A stretch of 64,000 nucleotides of DNA from Squalus acanthias (taxonomy: Eukaryota). Shown in pieces: positions 12,906 through 26,470 of this stretch. The position numbers were made by a program, and so were the translations under genes. How positions within the stretch are numbered: position 1 is the first letter of the stretch; the number at the start of each line of letters is the position of its first letter. The stretch covers positions 125,180,001 through 125,244,000 of the forward strand of contig CM059431.1 of assembly GCA_030390025.1 (NCBI GenBank). Reading direction: 5' to 3'. The notes below the pieces were generated by a model that was not told where the DNA came from, did not search any database, and saw only the letters and a list, made by a program, of their open reading frames with translations.

Positions 12906-13883
12906 GTTGGTGCTGCTGGTGTGCTTGGTGCTGCTGGTGTTGGAGCCTGTTGTGGTCAGATTCTGAGGACCAAGGTGAGAGAGTATAAATGGCATTAATG
13001 CGGATGGAATAGATGGCAGGTCAAGTTGAGTTGACAGAAGCAATCTGACAATGGTGAAAGAGGTTCTTCCAATGAGGTGATACTAGATGGAGACTTTGCT
13101 GGAAACACTTGCAGCCTGCAGAAAGTTAAATATGTGCTGGCAATGTAAGCAGCAACAGCTTCTGCCTGAGGAAAGCGATCTGCTGTGAGGTCGGAGCTTT
13201 TATAGTACATTTGATGCTGGATCAATGGCCACTCAACTCCCACCTCAGTTTGACAGATGTGGTTCCCGTGCTGCATGAATCCCATGGGCATGCACAGAAA
13301 TTTGAAAGGTCGGGGGAAAAAGGCGCTTAAGTGTCTGACAACAAGCTGATAATGATTTCAATTAGGTCACCCACCTCTGCCATTCGGGTCGCTGTCGCAC
13401 CGACAGACGCGCCCGAGGGAAAGGCGCGTGGCGGCGGGATGACGGCGGGTTTCCGACTCGCTCGACTTTTTTCAAATTCCCACCTGACCCGCCTCTGATC
13501 ACGCCTGCATGGACCCCAGAAAATTTCAGCCAAAATATCTGATTTTATATGATCCTTGACCACTTACTAAACTTGAATCTGCCCCTTCTCCCTTGATTGG
13601 TTCCTTCTGTCCCCTGACTTAACATGATATCCCCCCTTTAGTAACCTTACCATGGTGTCCATTCTGAATCAAAGCTCAAGCTCCATGTCACGTAGCTTTC
13701 CTTATCTTGTCTGGCCTCAGAACGTTATCTGTCTGGTTTTCTGTGTGAAAAGCAGCTGCATTTAATAACTCCTTTGTCTTTCAAACTTTTACAACCAAAG
13801 TGCCTTCATCTGGCAGGCGTTCAGGTTCCAAGCACAATGCTTTATTTCAATAATGACGCACGCACACACTATCCTGCAATATT

Positions 13884-14627
13884 GGCCCAAAAATTAGTGT
13901 TGCTACGCGAGAGTACGCACTGTGTACTCTCGCGTATTCTGTCTCCAATTGCCGGTTTTCTGCATGCACTGCGCATGCGCTGAAAACCGGCACTTGGTGA
14001 TTTCAAAAGGGGGCGGTTCCTAGGTGAACCGCGTGCGCGCTACAGGCTGCGCGCACACAGTGCACTTAGTGCTTTGAACGCACAGGTAAGCATGGAACAT
14101 TTTGCACATAAAGAAAGGAGGCGTAAGACCCTCTTTTAACAAGGTAAGTAGTTAATTAAGTATTATTTTGAATTTTTTTCAACAGGTATATCTTTTTTAG
14201 AGACTTTAAAGAAAGGTAAGTTTATTTTTATAACTTTTTAAAAGATTTTAAATTTTTTCAAAAATTTAATTTTTTGTTTAAAATGGTTAATTTATTTAAC
14301 TATACTTATTTTATTAATGTGATGGTTTTTTTTTTTAATTTAATTGAGGTTTAGCTGTTCTTTTGGGGGGGTATAGATTCATAGCTTTCACAGCACTTGT
14401 TGTGAAAGCAATGAATGAAAGATGGTGTGCTGCCATTGGCTCTAACTGAGTCACGTGATCCCACAGCTCGCACGAATTAACTGCGCCTGTGGGATACGGA
14501 AGCCCTGCACAGCTGCTGTCCAGAACATCAAGTTCGTGCGAGCTGGGAATGAAAAAGCCTGCGCGCAGTGAGAGATCGCGGGGAAGCCTTACCCTCGCAC
14601 GAAGGCTCCCTCACTAATTTTTGGGCC
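13884..14627. mobile_element. Harbinger-type MITE
   Basis: Perfect 19-bp inverted match attggcccaaaaattagtg (13881-13899) / cactaatttttgggccaat (14612-14630); CpG-rich arms around an AT-rich centre. Confidence 0.85.
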
Positions 14628-14959
14628 AATGTTTCCTATTCACTGTGCTAAACTAGCTGTTAATTTTCCCACCATCTTTCTACCAAACTACTATCTTAAC
14701 ATCTCAGTTACCTCATTTTATTTTTTAGGCTAAGCTAACTTCTAATTTCCCAACAAGCTCTCTGCTAAGTTAGTTCATCTGGCTCACAAGTTTATTATAA
14801 TTATCTGTGTGAATATATAAAGAAAATACGTGTCAATAAACAAATGCCCACTATCTTGCAGTGTTTGCTCCCTATGCTATATGCTAAGCTCGCCTTAATA
14901 TCCCATCAAGCTCTCTGCCTCTTCCTTCTCTATGTTTCAACATGTTCCATATTCCAACA

Positions 14960-15759
14960 TCACACTCCGTCAAATGCTGCCTTGATGTCAAGGGCAGTCA
15001 CTCTCACCTCACCTCTAGAATTCAGCTCTTTTGTCCATGTTTGGACTAAGGCTATAATGAGCTCTGGAGCCGAGTGGTCCTGGCGGAACCCAAACTGAGC
15101 ATCGATGAGCAGGTTATTGGTGAGTAAGTGCTGCCTGATTGCACTGTTGATGACACCTTCCATCACTTTGCTGATGATTGAGAGCAGACTGATGGGGCGG
15201 TAATTGGCCGGATTGGATTTGTCCTGCTTTTTGTTGACAGGACACACCTGGGCAGTTTTCCAAATTGTCGGTAGGTGTCAGCATTGTAGCTGTACTGGAA
15301 CAGCTTGGCTAGAGGCTTCTGTGATGGTGGGGACCTCAGGTGGAGGCCGAGATGGATCATCCACTCGGCATTTCTGGCTGAAGATGGTTGCAAACGCTTT
15401 AGCCTTGTCTTTTGCACTCACGTGCTGGGCTCCGCCATCATTTAGGATGGGGCTGTTCATGGAGCCTCCTCCTCCCGTTAGATGTTTAATAGTCCACCAC
15501 CATTCACGACTGGATGTGGCAGGACTGCAGAGCTTTGATCTGATCCGTTGATTGTGGAATCACTCAGCTCTGTCTATAACATACTGTTTCCACTGTTTAG
15601 CATGCATGTAGTCCTGTGTTGTAGCTTCCCCAGGTTGACACCTCATTTTTAGGTACGCCTGGTGCTGCTGCTCACATGCTCTCTGCACACCTCATTGAAC
15701 CAGGGTTGGTCCCCTGGCTTAATGGTAATGGTAGAGTGAGGGATAGCTGGGCCATAAAG
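14960..15759 (-). mobile_element. CR1/L2-group LINE internal ORF2 fragment
   Basis: KSNPANYRPISLLSIISKVME...QFGFR...ALDIKAAFD. Confidence 0.9.
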
Positions 15760-17239
15760 TGGTAACTTGGCCCACCAGGACCACATACTATGCACAGTAG
15801 CTGCCCATGGATACTGGAAAATCATGCATGGTACCTACCCAACTTTCCAATGTGACCTCTTGGCAGGCAAGCCTCCCCACTAGAAATGTGAAGTAGAAAA
15901 ATTGCCCCAATAGAGATTTCTTGTGAAGGACATCAATAACTAAAAGAATCTAAAAGAAAAGAAACCAGTCTGTAAAAGAAAGGTGAGGGGGTGAATGGAA
16001 AGAAAAATGTAAGGGTTTCAGAGAATAACTGGCAATGTTTTGAAAACTTTTGCCTATCCCCAATACTACTCCTTACATCTCTACTCATTAACCTCCAGTG
16101 CCCTTTAAGTTGTTTTGATTATGCTGCAATTAATTTTAATTGCACCATCATCATCTCTTAAATACCTCTCACTTTTCTATTATAGATGCATCAACCATTA
16201 CTGTGTTCCAATTAATCTGTTTAAACTTGCTTTGAATTCTTTTTAAAGTCTGTTCCTTTAAAGTCCAGTTTTAATTTCATCGAATGTAATTCCATTTATT
16301 GCCCATTGGGACAGCCTGTAGAAATACCATTTGATAGTTCATAAATTAAGCTGATTGTTTTGTTTACTTTTTACAGTATATCAATACATTGTATTATCTT
16401 AGAGATCCCTTGTTCCACTACTTTGGAGTCTATGGATCAAAACCATATTGAACATTTTACAACAAAAGCATATACTCCCTGAACTTAGACTGATTCAATT
16501 ATATTTGGAAGCTGTTTCTTGACTATTGCTTGAGAATTTCCTTTAATTGCTTTCAGACTCACACTCCATGGAGTTCTGAGTTGATTTCCCATAGCTCTGA
16601 TTCAGTAGCTTGATCTTCAGTAAGCAAAATGTTATTAATTTTGCCATATTCATTTGGATAAGTTTACCAGGATACTAATCTGTTATTATAATATTGTATC
16701 CATTATGCTGCAACTTACTGTTATTGTCTGTTTTGTATATAAATTTTATATAGGATAAAAATTAGATTTCCATTGGCAAATTCTTTACACTATAAACACA
16801 ATTAGGAGAACAGAATGAACAGTTGAAACCATATCCATTTTAATTTGATTGTTAAAAACTATTTTACGTGGTCACATTGAAGCATAGGTGCAAACACGAT
16901 GGAGTGAGGGGACATGTCTTGCTTTCCCCTGAGCGCACAAGCACACTATTTTTGGCATGAGTTATTCCCCCCAACTCTTTGTATGTAGTTGAATCTTTGC
17001 ATAGAAGCAATTATTGAGCAATTATCTATTATTGTATATCAAAATTGGTAGGTGAGTCACTGTATTTCCTTTCAAAATACATTGAAAACCCTTATGTTGG
17101 CTGCCCCACTAGGATTTTTCATTGTAATTGTCCACATTGACAACAATACCTGTTATGCTTGTAGATGGTGCTGTGATAAACATTTCAGCGTTATGACTGT
17201 TTGCTACTGAGCTAACATTATGTGACAAACTAACTCTTT

Positions 17240-17402
17240 GGGGATGAATTTTGACAGGATTTCTCCAGATTGTTATAACTTCAGTGGAAAAGCCATGGAA
17301 ACTCTACAGAAATAGTGTTTATGCTGTTTTTCTAGGGCTTCTGTAGCTCTTCTGCTGAAGTTACAATGGACGATTGAGAGAACCGCATGGAAATTCACCC
17401 CC
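17240..17402. mobile_element. Old palindromic MITE
   Basis: ggggatgaatttt / gaaattcacccc termini; internal inverted similarity. Confidence 0.55.
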
Positions 17403-18113
17403 TTTATATTTAACAGCGTATATCTGGTGAAAGACTGCATTCAGTCTGCCTGCAATTGCAGGCTTTGGCCACTGGGCTGCAATGAAGTGAACTGTGATCT
17501 GTTCTGATTGGTCACAATCACCATCTTGCTTTGCTGGTTAGAGGTAAGTAAACCTCCAGGTAAATAAATGTTTCTACATTAGTTTATACCTTAAACTTTT
17601 AAAAATAATTTATATACTTTAAGTTTCTTTTTTGGCTCTCTTCCAGAGTTTCCCCTCTCCTCTTTCTAACCAATAGTAGGTCCCTCAGTCACAGTTCCAT
17701 TCTGCTTGTATACTCACATGTTCACAACAGCCTGCCAGGCTGACACCCTCTTGCAAAACGCCACTGGATCAATATTGTCAGCCAGCAGTTCCCTGTCCTC
17801 CCTGATGATCTTGGACTGGTGCTGGCTGTCAGCCTGCAGAGCCCGACAGCACTCTCAAATGTGTCGGTTCTCGCTAAAATTTGCCATGACACCCACTTGC
17901 AGCATTTTGTGCTCCATGCTGCCCCTAACTTTCGAGCTAGGCTTTCCCTCTTGCTTTTATTGAGATTGACCTCTCCATTTTGCAAAATATTTGTCCTCCA
18001 CCGCATCAAGGCACTTTACAAATCTCCCATTTCCCATTTCCCCTCCTCCCCAACCACCCGCCTCCGCCGCCAATGATGCATGCTGCCAAATCTAACCTCC
18101 ATTAAGACCCTTT

Positions 18114-18688
18114 GGCCCTAATTTTAATTCCCCTTGCCTAGTGGAAACCAGAAGTGGGCGGGGAGTTAAAATGAGGGCAGCTATTTACCCCCTCTGATCC
18201 TGCTGCCATCCTGCCATGTCCCAATGTCAACCTAATCTTTTGAGCAGGCGATCGGATCACCCGCAGGAACGCAGTGGGATTCTTCTCTCAATCGGGTTCC
18301 GATGACATCATTGGGACCCGATCTGCAATTTTAGTTGGAGGCCTGAGCGGGGCAGCAGTGACAGTTTCCCAGTCAGACCATACCTGCCAGGAGGTGGATC
18401 GTGGTCCAGAAGAGGTCCAGCAGGTAAGTTCTAAAATGTTATTTTAGGTTTCCTTATGGGCTCCTCCGGGCCTGAAAAGGAAGCCTTGGCCCTCCCTTGC
18501 CCGGGCTCCTCCCTACCCCTGATACCCGCTCCCACCCGCTAGCTAGGTAGTGGATATGAGAAAATCTATGGAAATGAGGCCCGGCTGTTAAGATTGGCTG
18601 GGCCTCCATGTCACCGGACTCGCTGGGTCCATGCAAGCCACTTCTTGACTTGCACGCAACAAATTCGCCCATTTTTAAAATCGGGGTC
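18114..18688. mobile_element. Harbinger-type MITE
   Basis: ggccctaattttaa / ttaaaatcggggtc termini; TTT on both flanks. Confidence 0.6.
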
Positions 18689-20641
18689 TTTGGCTCCTCC
18701 ACCCATTGGGGTTGACTTTTTTACTCAAAGGGGAATTGAGGGTGCAGGAGCCAGAGCAGGCGATGATCTGTCCAGCCCCTCAGAGAGTGAGGCACAGGAG
18801 ATTTTAACTCCCGTACCTCATTCGCATTTCATGATGCTGACTACCCCTACACTCCCTTTACCTAAAACATTAACTAATGAAGGACTCAGTTTGTTTTTCT
18901 TTAAAAAAGCCTTTGTATTCAGATGGGCAATCAAAGAATGTTTCATTATTTTGGAACTTTCTCTACTTGACAATTTATTCAGAAGAGTGCTTTGTGTAAT
19001 TAAAACATGACTTATCATTAGTTCATATGTATCTCCACGGCCGTACTACAAGACTTTCCAGAAAATTCTGTCTCATGTTGAAACCAGTTATCTATTACTT
19101 CTATGAGGCAAAATTCAGTAGTGTGTGCATTTATGTATTCGAGAAGAAAAATTGATTATAAAAGATTGTTACATAGTGCACATATGAATTTTATACAAGT
19201 GCATTAAACAGCATGGTGGAATTTTAACCACTTTTTATATTACATTGCTAATAAGCAGCATTAAGTTAAAGGTGCAGGCTGGAGAACTAAATTAGGAATG
19301 CTCACAATACAAATGACAAGAATTGGCATTACTGTACATGGCACTGCTTAGATCCCTCCAAGTGACATTTATGTATGAGTGTTCTCTCACCAAGACAATG
19401 TCTCAATGTATGCTACAGATTAGCTCACATGTCTGCAGCATGGGAATAGAAGGCACAGATGAATTTGGGTTATCGGAGCAGCAGGACGTGGAGTAGAAAA
19501 GGGAGGAATGCAGAGAGTACAATAGCTTCTTGGCTCTTTGCCAGGTCCGGAAGTTTGCCAAGACAGAGTTCACATTTTAGCAATTACCTGCCATGCTCTG
19601 TTTCTCCTCTGCAGTTCTCCTGCTTTGCAAACATGACTATTTCTCCAGAAAGAAAACCATCCATTAGGATCTAGATAACATTGTGTGAAAAATTTGCTGC
19701 TCTTGTCTACTGCTCAGCCATTAATCCCAGGGTTTGCTCACTGCATAGATTGATGAAACAAGTGATACTCATAGACTTTAATTACCTCAATATTTGCTTG
19801 AGCAGTGTGAACGACTTGTTACTGCAGATGTTTCATGATTGGACACTTCCTGTTTTCCCATATATGGAAATAGTCTGGCAGTAAATTCACCCTTTCCAAA
19901 ATCATACAAACCTGCTATCCTGTTGGTGGGTCACTGTTTTGACAGTTAATTTGTGACCTCTTCATTATCAGAGCAATTCTTCCCCCATGGTTCTTGCTCC
20001 ACATTATCTCCTCTCTTGTTATTTTCATTTCTTCTTCATTTGTTGGTTTTCTCCCTCATTGTTTCATATTCCATTGTCTTCTAGGTCTCATCATGCTCTC
20101 TTTTTAGGGTTCTACATGAAGTGAGTGTTGGCAATCTCAACCTAGTTCCTAATGGGCATGAATTTGCAGTATAACACTGTCCATAATTCAATGGTAGTTG
20201 GTAATCTCAGAGTAACCATGAGGATGGCTAGTGAGGAGATGAATATATCATATTGGTGTACAGTAGAGCTTGCTCCATACTGTTGAAATACATTGTGCAG
20301 CAGTGTGAGTGGTGTCCTATGCTGCATCTGGCCATTACTTACCTAGTCTCATGCTTTGGAAAAAAAGTGGCAAGAACTTCCCATTTCCTTGCACAGATAT
20401 TCTTCATCTTGTCAGGCATAAAAAGTGCAAAAAAAAATGAAATTACATTCTTGTAAAGGGGAGAAATATTCAAATTCCAACTGATTATTTAAAAAAAAAT
20501 GTCTATTGCATTCAAAGTAAAATGATAATTGACATAGGGACCACTGCAATCTATGGTGAAACAATTGTATGGCATTAGAATATAGTTTCATACTGGAAAT
20601 AAAGCAAAACATGCTAGTCGTTGCACACAGATCACAGTTAA

Positions 20642-20804
20642 AGGGTGAAATTCAAGTTGGGCGGGGATGCAACTCAGGTGGTAATGCATCTGGCGCCGGT
20701 TATACATCTCGTCAATGGAACTGAATATCGGGCAAGGCGTATAAACTGGCGTTGGATGTAATACTTTGGGTTTTGAGAACCTGCCCTAGTTGAATTTCAC
20801 CCCC
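20642..20804. mobile_element. Palindromic MITE
   Basis: gggtgaaattcaa / ttgaatttcaccc TIRs. Confidence 0.7.
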
Positions 20805-20994
20805 TATTATTTGGTTTATTAAATATAGTCAAAAGCTCTATCATTTGAGGGAAATCCCATTTTCTTCCTTACTAAATAATCAAACCTAACTATAATATTT
20901 TGCATTGCAATGTTTAGAATTAGATTATATTGAACTTTTTTTAATCTGATTTTGTCATATAAATGTTGCCCTTGTGTGGCTTTACTGTATCATA

Positions 20995-22922
20995 GGGCTA
21001 AAAATTTGTGGCCGCCACAAGAGCTGCCGGTGTCACTGCAGCCTCGGGTTAATGGCCGCTGAAAATGGACAAAGTGGTACAAGGGAGAAATTCGCGCTGG
21101 GGGGCTAAAGATTTTTAGCGACGCGCTAATTTACCATGTAACGCACTCCTGGTGGCGTTAGTGTAGGCAATGGAGACAAAGATGCTGTTCCAGCTTCCAA
21201 CAGCCTCTGGAAGTGAGGCAACAGAGTTCGCTAGGCATTGTGGGAAATAAAAAGAGAAATGCATTAAAAGGGCAATGCCTTCTGAACTAATAAAAATAAA
21301 AATGAAGTATCAAAATGCACTTTTCAGCCCTTACTGCCTTTCAAAAAGAAAATTAAAAAGTACCAAATGGGAGTCTTCAGCACTTAAAGCTGAATTCCCT
21401 TCCAAACCTCAAAAAATGGGAAGTGCTTCAGCACTAACACAAATGGCTCAGCAAGCCAGGGAAGGGGCACCCAGGGTCTCGCATGCAACACTCCAGCTTT
21501 GTGCAGGGGGTCAACACTGCAAGAGAGGTCCTCTACCACAGGAGCCAGGAAGCCCTCCAGAAAGAACGATGTGGGAGTACATCACTGAGGCCGACACTGC
21601 CAGCAGTGTCGCCCCCACCCCCCACCACCTGGCTCCAGGGCCCAAAGAAGCTTCATGACCTCAGACCACTGGTCAAAGTCAGTGAATGCATCTTCAAAAG
21701 CCGTCTCCTACCAACTGCACCACTCGCGCCTCACACTGCTCAATGCACAATTCCCCCACACCCAATCACTCACCTACCAACAATCTGCACCAATCATGAG
21801 TCACATCTCCCATTCCTAGCTTCACTTCACCACCTTGGAGGAGAAACTGCAGGCCATTCTTGGCAGGGACATGGCTGAGCCCTTGGCCAGCGGTGGGGCT
21901 GAAAGGATACAAGATGCTGATACCCTCATACGTTATCCTCCTTCTGGCATGCTTTCCCACCCTCCCCTCACCACAACTCCACCCTTGTGCCTTTCTCATT
22001 TCACACACCCAAGAAATGCAGCCTGCCCAGACAATGGTTGACCAAGAAGAGGGAGAAAAGAGTGAAGAAGAAGAAGAAGAAACACCATCACTCAATTTGA
22101 CACTCCCAGCCACCAGCTCCTCAAGGTCGACCAGCAAGGCCATCTGCAGTTTCCCCCACTGAAAATCAGCAGCCTTCCACCAGCCATGTTGCAGCCACTG
22201 GGGTAGCACTGCATGATATCAGTAGGAGAGGCAAAGGCACACACAAGGCAGTCACTAAGAGAATGCATAAAGGTGATGAGTTGATTTATTGATGTCATAC
22301 TGGAGGGATAGATGTATAAAGTTGGATTGGAAAGCATGCTTTTTGGTGGCTTTTATTTCAGCACCATGGCCAAGAGGATGCTGTGATGGTCAGTAACAGC
22401 GGGAAGGTAAGGTGTGGGTCAAATGTTGAAAGGGGAATTGGGGTTGTGGTCACTGGTATCGCAGGCTGATTATTCCATCCTGGATATCCTGGCCAGAAAG
22501 GGGCTCTCTGGGTTGCATCCTTCCTTCTGTTTCCTCCTCTTTTGTTTCCTCCTCTTCGGCTTCTTCCTCTTCTGATTCTTTCTCTTCTGCGTCTTCATCT
22601 TCCCTCTGCAAGCGGATGCTGTAAATTTCTGTCAGTTTGCTGCATGCCAGCTTTACATGGCGAGCTTAGTACCCGGCGCTGAACTCAACGTAAAGGTCCA
22701 AGTTCGCCGTGGTGACGTTAAGTCAGTGTTGCACGCCGATTGACATCACCTCTCCCTCATTTCAATTTGCAGGGCGATGGATGTTACCAGCAGCGCTGCC
22801 GGGCCTTGGAGAATGGCAGATGCCGCGGGACCCACCACCAACTAGCGAAAGAGTGGCGGCTGCCCTCTTAACACAACTTTTTGCCGATAACGGGTGGCGT
22901 TAAGCCCCTGAATTTTTAGCCC
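20995..22922 (+). mobile_element. Non-autonomous Harbinger with degenerate Myb-gene remnants
   Basis: TIR gggctaaaaatt / aatttttagccc; ATA TSD; MAQQAREGAPR... remnant near 21443. Confidence 0.85.
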
Positions 22923-23209
22923 ATAGAATCTTACAACACAGAAGAAAGCCATTCTGACCATCATGCCTGTGCCGGCTCTTTGAAAGACCTGTCCAATTAC
23001 GTCCCACATCCCAGCTATTCCCCATAACCCTGATGATTTTAGTTCTCTTGAAATACATATCCAGTTGCCTTTTGAAAGTTCCTATGGAATCTGATTCCAC
23101 TACCCTTACAGGTAATGCATGCCAGATCGTAATAACCCTATGTTTGAAAACATTTCTCCTAATTTCCCCTCTAGTTATTTTGACAATTATTTTAAATCTA
23201 TGACCTTAC

Positions 23210-24931
23210 ATTAGGGCCACCTCCTTCAGTACCCTAGGATGCATGTTATCAGGCCCTGGGGATTTGTCCGCCTTCAATCCCTTTAGCTTCCTTAACACCA
23301 TATCCTTAGAGATATTGATTTGCGTCAGTTCCTCCTTTGCCAATGTCCCTATTTTTCCCGATATCCCAGGGAGGTTTTTTGTGTCTTCCTTCATAAAGAC
23401 TGACCCAAAGTATGCATTTAGTTGGTCTGCCATTTCCTTATTTCCCGTTATATATTCCCCCGTATCTGACTGCAATGGACCAACTTTGGTTTTCACCAGT
23501 CTTTTCCTCTTGATATACTTATAAAAGCTTTTGGAGTTAGTTTTTATATTTTCCGCCAGCTTGCTTTCGTAAGCTATTTTGCCCCTCTTGATTAAGCCCT
23601 TTGTCCTCCTTTGCTCTATCTTAAACTGTTCCCAATCTTCCGCTCTGGCGCTTTTTTTGGCTATTTTATATGCCCTATCTTTGGATTTTATGCTGTCTCT
23701 AATTTCCCCTGTTATCCACGGTTGAGTCACCTTTTTAGATTTCCTTTTATGCCAGATTGGTATAAACAATTTTTGCAATTTTGTCATTCTATCTTTAAAT
23801 GCTTGCCATTGTTTATCTACCTCCAATCCTCCCAGGAACGTTGTCCAATCAGACCTACTCAGTTCCCGTCTAATGGCATCATAATTCCCCTTTTTTAAAT
23901 TCAGGACCTTAGTCTCTGAGTCAATTTCTTCGCTCTCCATTTCGAGTGAGAAATCGATCATGTTATGATCGCTCTGACCCAAGGGTCCCCGTACAACAAG
24001 ATTACTAATTAGTCCCTTCTCATTGCACAGTACCCAGTCCAATATAGCCTGTTCCCGAGTTGGTTCCTCGACATATTGATCCAGATAACCATCCCTTAAA
24101 CACTCAAGGAATTCCTCCTCCTCATTATTTTTACTGATTAGGCTAGTCCAATCTATATGTAAGTTAAAGTCACCTATGATGACAGCTGTGCTCTTATTGC
24201 ACGCTTCTCTAATTTCCCTCGTGATGCCCTCCCCAACCTCTATTTTACTATTTGGAGGCCTATATACCACTCCTATTAATGTTTTTCACCCCTCGCTATT
24301 TCTTAGCTCCACCCATATAGATTCTGTATTAACTGAGTTAATATCCTTCCTTTCAATTGCATTTATCCCCTCTTTTACCAGCAATGCTACCCCTTCTCCC
24401 TTTCTTTTTTGTCGATCCTTCCTAAATACTGAATACCCCTGTATGTTAAGCTCCCAGCCCTGCTCACCCTGCAACCATGTTTCCGTAATCCCAATTAGAT
24501 CATAATTATTAACCTCTATTTCCACAGCTAATTCATCTACCTTGTTCCTGATGCTTCTCGCATTAAGGTATAAAACCCTCAGGCTTTTTTTATGCTCACA
24601 TTTTTTATGAATTAGTTTGGCCCTTTGTTTTTTGTTCCTCACCCTTTTACCATTTATTTCTGTCTGCCTTTCACTTTCCTCTATTTCACTACATAGGTTT
24701 CTAGCCCCCTGCCATACTAGTTTAAATGCTCCCGAACTGCTTTATCAAAAATTACCCCGAGAACATCAGTTCCATCTTTGCACAGGTGTAGACCGTCCCT
24801 TTTGTATAGGTCACACCTACCACAAAACTGGTTCCAATGCCTCAAAAATTTAAAACCCTCCCTCTTACACCACTGCTCAAGCCACGTATTTAGCCTAACT
24901 ATCCTGTTCTCTGTACTCTTACTAGCACGTG
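23210..24931 (-). mobile_element. Inverted 5' segment of a young CR1: ORF1 esterase C-terminus + ORF2 AP-endonuclease region
   Basis: ORF1 RLNTWLEQWCKREGF..DGLHL; ORF2 YLNARS, ITETW, YRPP, IGDFN, SDHN; ends at HPRVLKEVAL. Confidence 0.93.
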
Positions 24932-26470
24932 GCGGATGCACTAAGTATGATTTTTCAGAATTCATTAGACTCGGGAACAGTGCCCATGGATTGGAGGGTA
25001 GCTAACGTTACCCCACTATTCAAAAAGGGGGGTAGGGAAAAAGCAGGTAATTACAGACCTGTAAGCCTTACATCAGTTGTGGGCAAAATGCTGGAGTCCA
25101 TCATTAAGGATGAAATAGCGGAGCACTTAGCAAATGGGGACAGGATAGGACAGAGTCAACATGGATTTACAAAGGGTAAATCGTGCTTGACTAATCTATT
25201 GGAATTTTTTGAGGGAGTAACTGGTAAAATAGATGGGGGAGAGCCAGTAGATGTGGTGTACCTGGACTTCCAAAAGGCCTTCGATAAGGTCCCACATAAA
25301 AGATTAGCATGGAAAATTGAAGCTCATGGGATAAAGGGGAAAGTATTGACGTGGATAGAGAACTGGCTGTCAGATAGAAAACAGAGAGTTGGAATAAACG
25401 GCTCATTTTCTGAATGGCAGGCAGTAACAAGTGGGGTACCGCAGGGATCTGTCCTGGGTCCCCAGCTGTTCACAATTTACATTAATGACCTGGATCAGGG
25501 AGTCGGATGCAGCATTTCCAAATTTGCAGACGACACTAAACTAGGAGGGGGGGTGGGCTCAGAGGAGGAGACCAGGAAGCTCCAGAGCGATTTGGACAGA
25601 CTGGGTGATTGGGCGGATAAATGGCAGATGCACTATAATGTGGACAAGTGCGAAGTTATCCACCTTGGGTGCAGGAACGGGAGGGCAAATTATTATTTAA
25701 ATGGCAATAAATTGGGAGAGGGGGAAGTACAGAGAGACCTGGGTGTTCTTGTACACCAGTCACTGAAGGCGAACATGCAGGTGCAACAGGCGGTCAAGAA
25801 GGCAAACGGTATGCTGGCCTTCATAGCAAAAGGGTTCGAATACAGGAACAGGGATACCTTGCTGCAGCTGTACAGGGCACTGGTGAGACCACACCTCGAG
25901 TACTGTGTACAGTTTTGGTCGCCTCATCTGAGGAAAGATGTTCTTGCCATGGAGGGGGTGCAGCGGCGATTCACCAGGCTGATACCAGGAATGGCGGGAT
26001 TGACCTATGAGGAGAGACTATGTAGTTTAGGGATGTACACACTGGAGTTTAGAAGATTGAGAGGGGACCTCATAGAAGTGAATAAAATTCTGACAGGTCT
26101 AGACAGACTAGATGCAGAAGGAATGTTTCCCTTGGCGGGTGAGAACAGAACTAGAGGACATAATTTAAGGATAAGGGCTAAACCATTTAGGACAGAAATG
26201 AGGGGGAATTTCTTCACTCAGAGGGTGGTGAACCTGTGGAACTCATTGCCACAGAGGGCAGTGTACGCCAGTTCATTAAATATATTTAAGAGGGAATTAG
26301 ATATATTTCTACAGGCAAAAGGGGTTAAGGGTTACGGAGAGAAGGCGGGGACGGGATACTGAATTGGAGGATCAGCCATGATCTCATTAAATGGCGGAGC
26401 AGGCTCGAAGGGCCGGATGGCCTACTCCTGCTCCTATCTTCTATGTATCTATGTATCTATGTATCTATGT
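24932..26470 (+). mobile_element. Sense 3' segment of the same CR1: RT open to the stop at 26362, 3' UTR and (TATGTATC)n tail
   Basis: ADALSMIFQ..NYRPVSL..YLDFQKAFD..GVPQGS..FADD; octamer tail ~26441-26470. Confidence 0.95.

Larger units (their letters stand above)
8314..13531 (+). mobile_element. PIF/Harbinger element with Myb-like gene, interrupted by an RTE LINE
   Basis: TIRs ggccagaattttct / agaaaatttcagcc; AAA on both flanks; homologous to other copies in the window. Confidence 0.75.

Noticed and set aside
17706..18076. Overlapping ORFs on both strands
   Set aside because: No recognisable domain; probably a degenerate repeat
20343..20407. Minus-strand exon-like segment (MKNICARKWEVLATFFPKHET)
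   Set aside because: Splice-like sites are common in AT-rich DNA; no supporting homology
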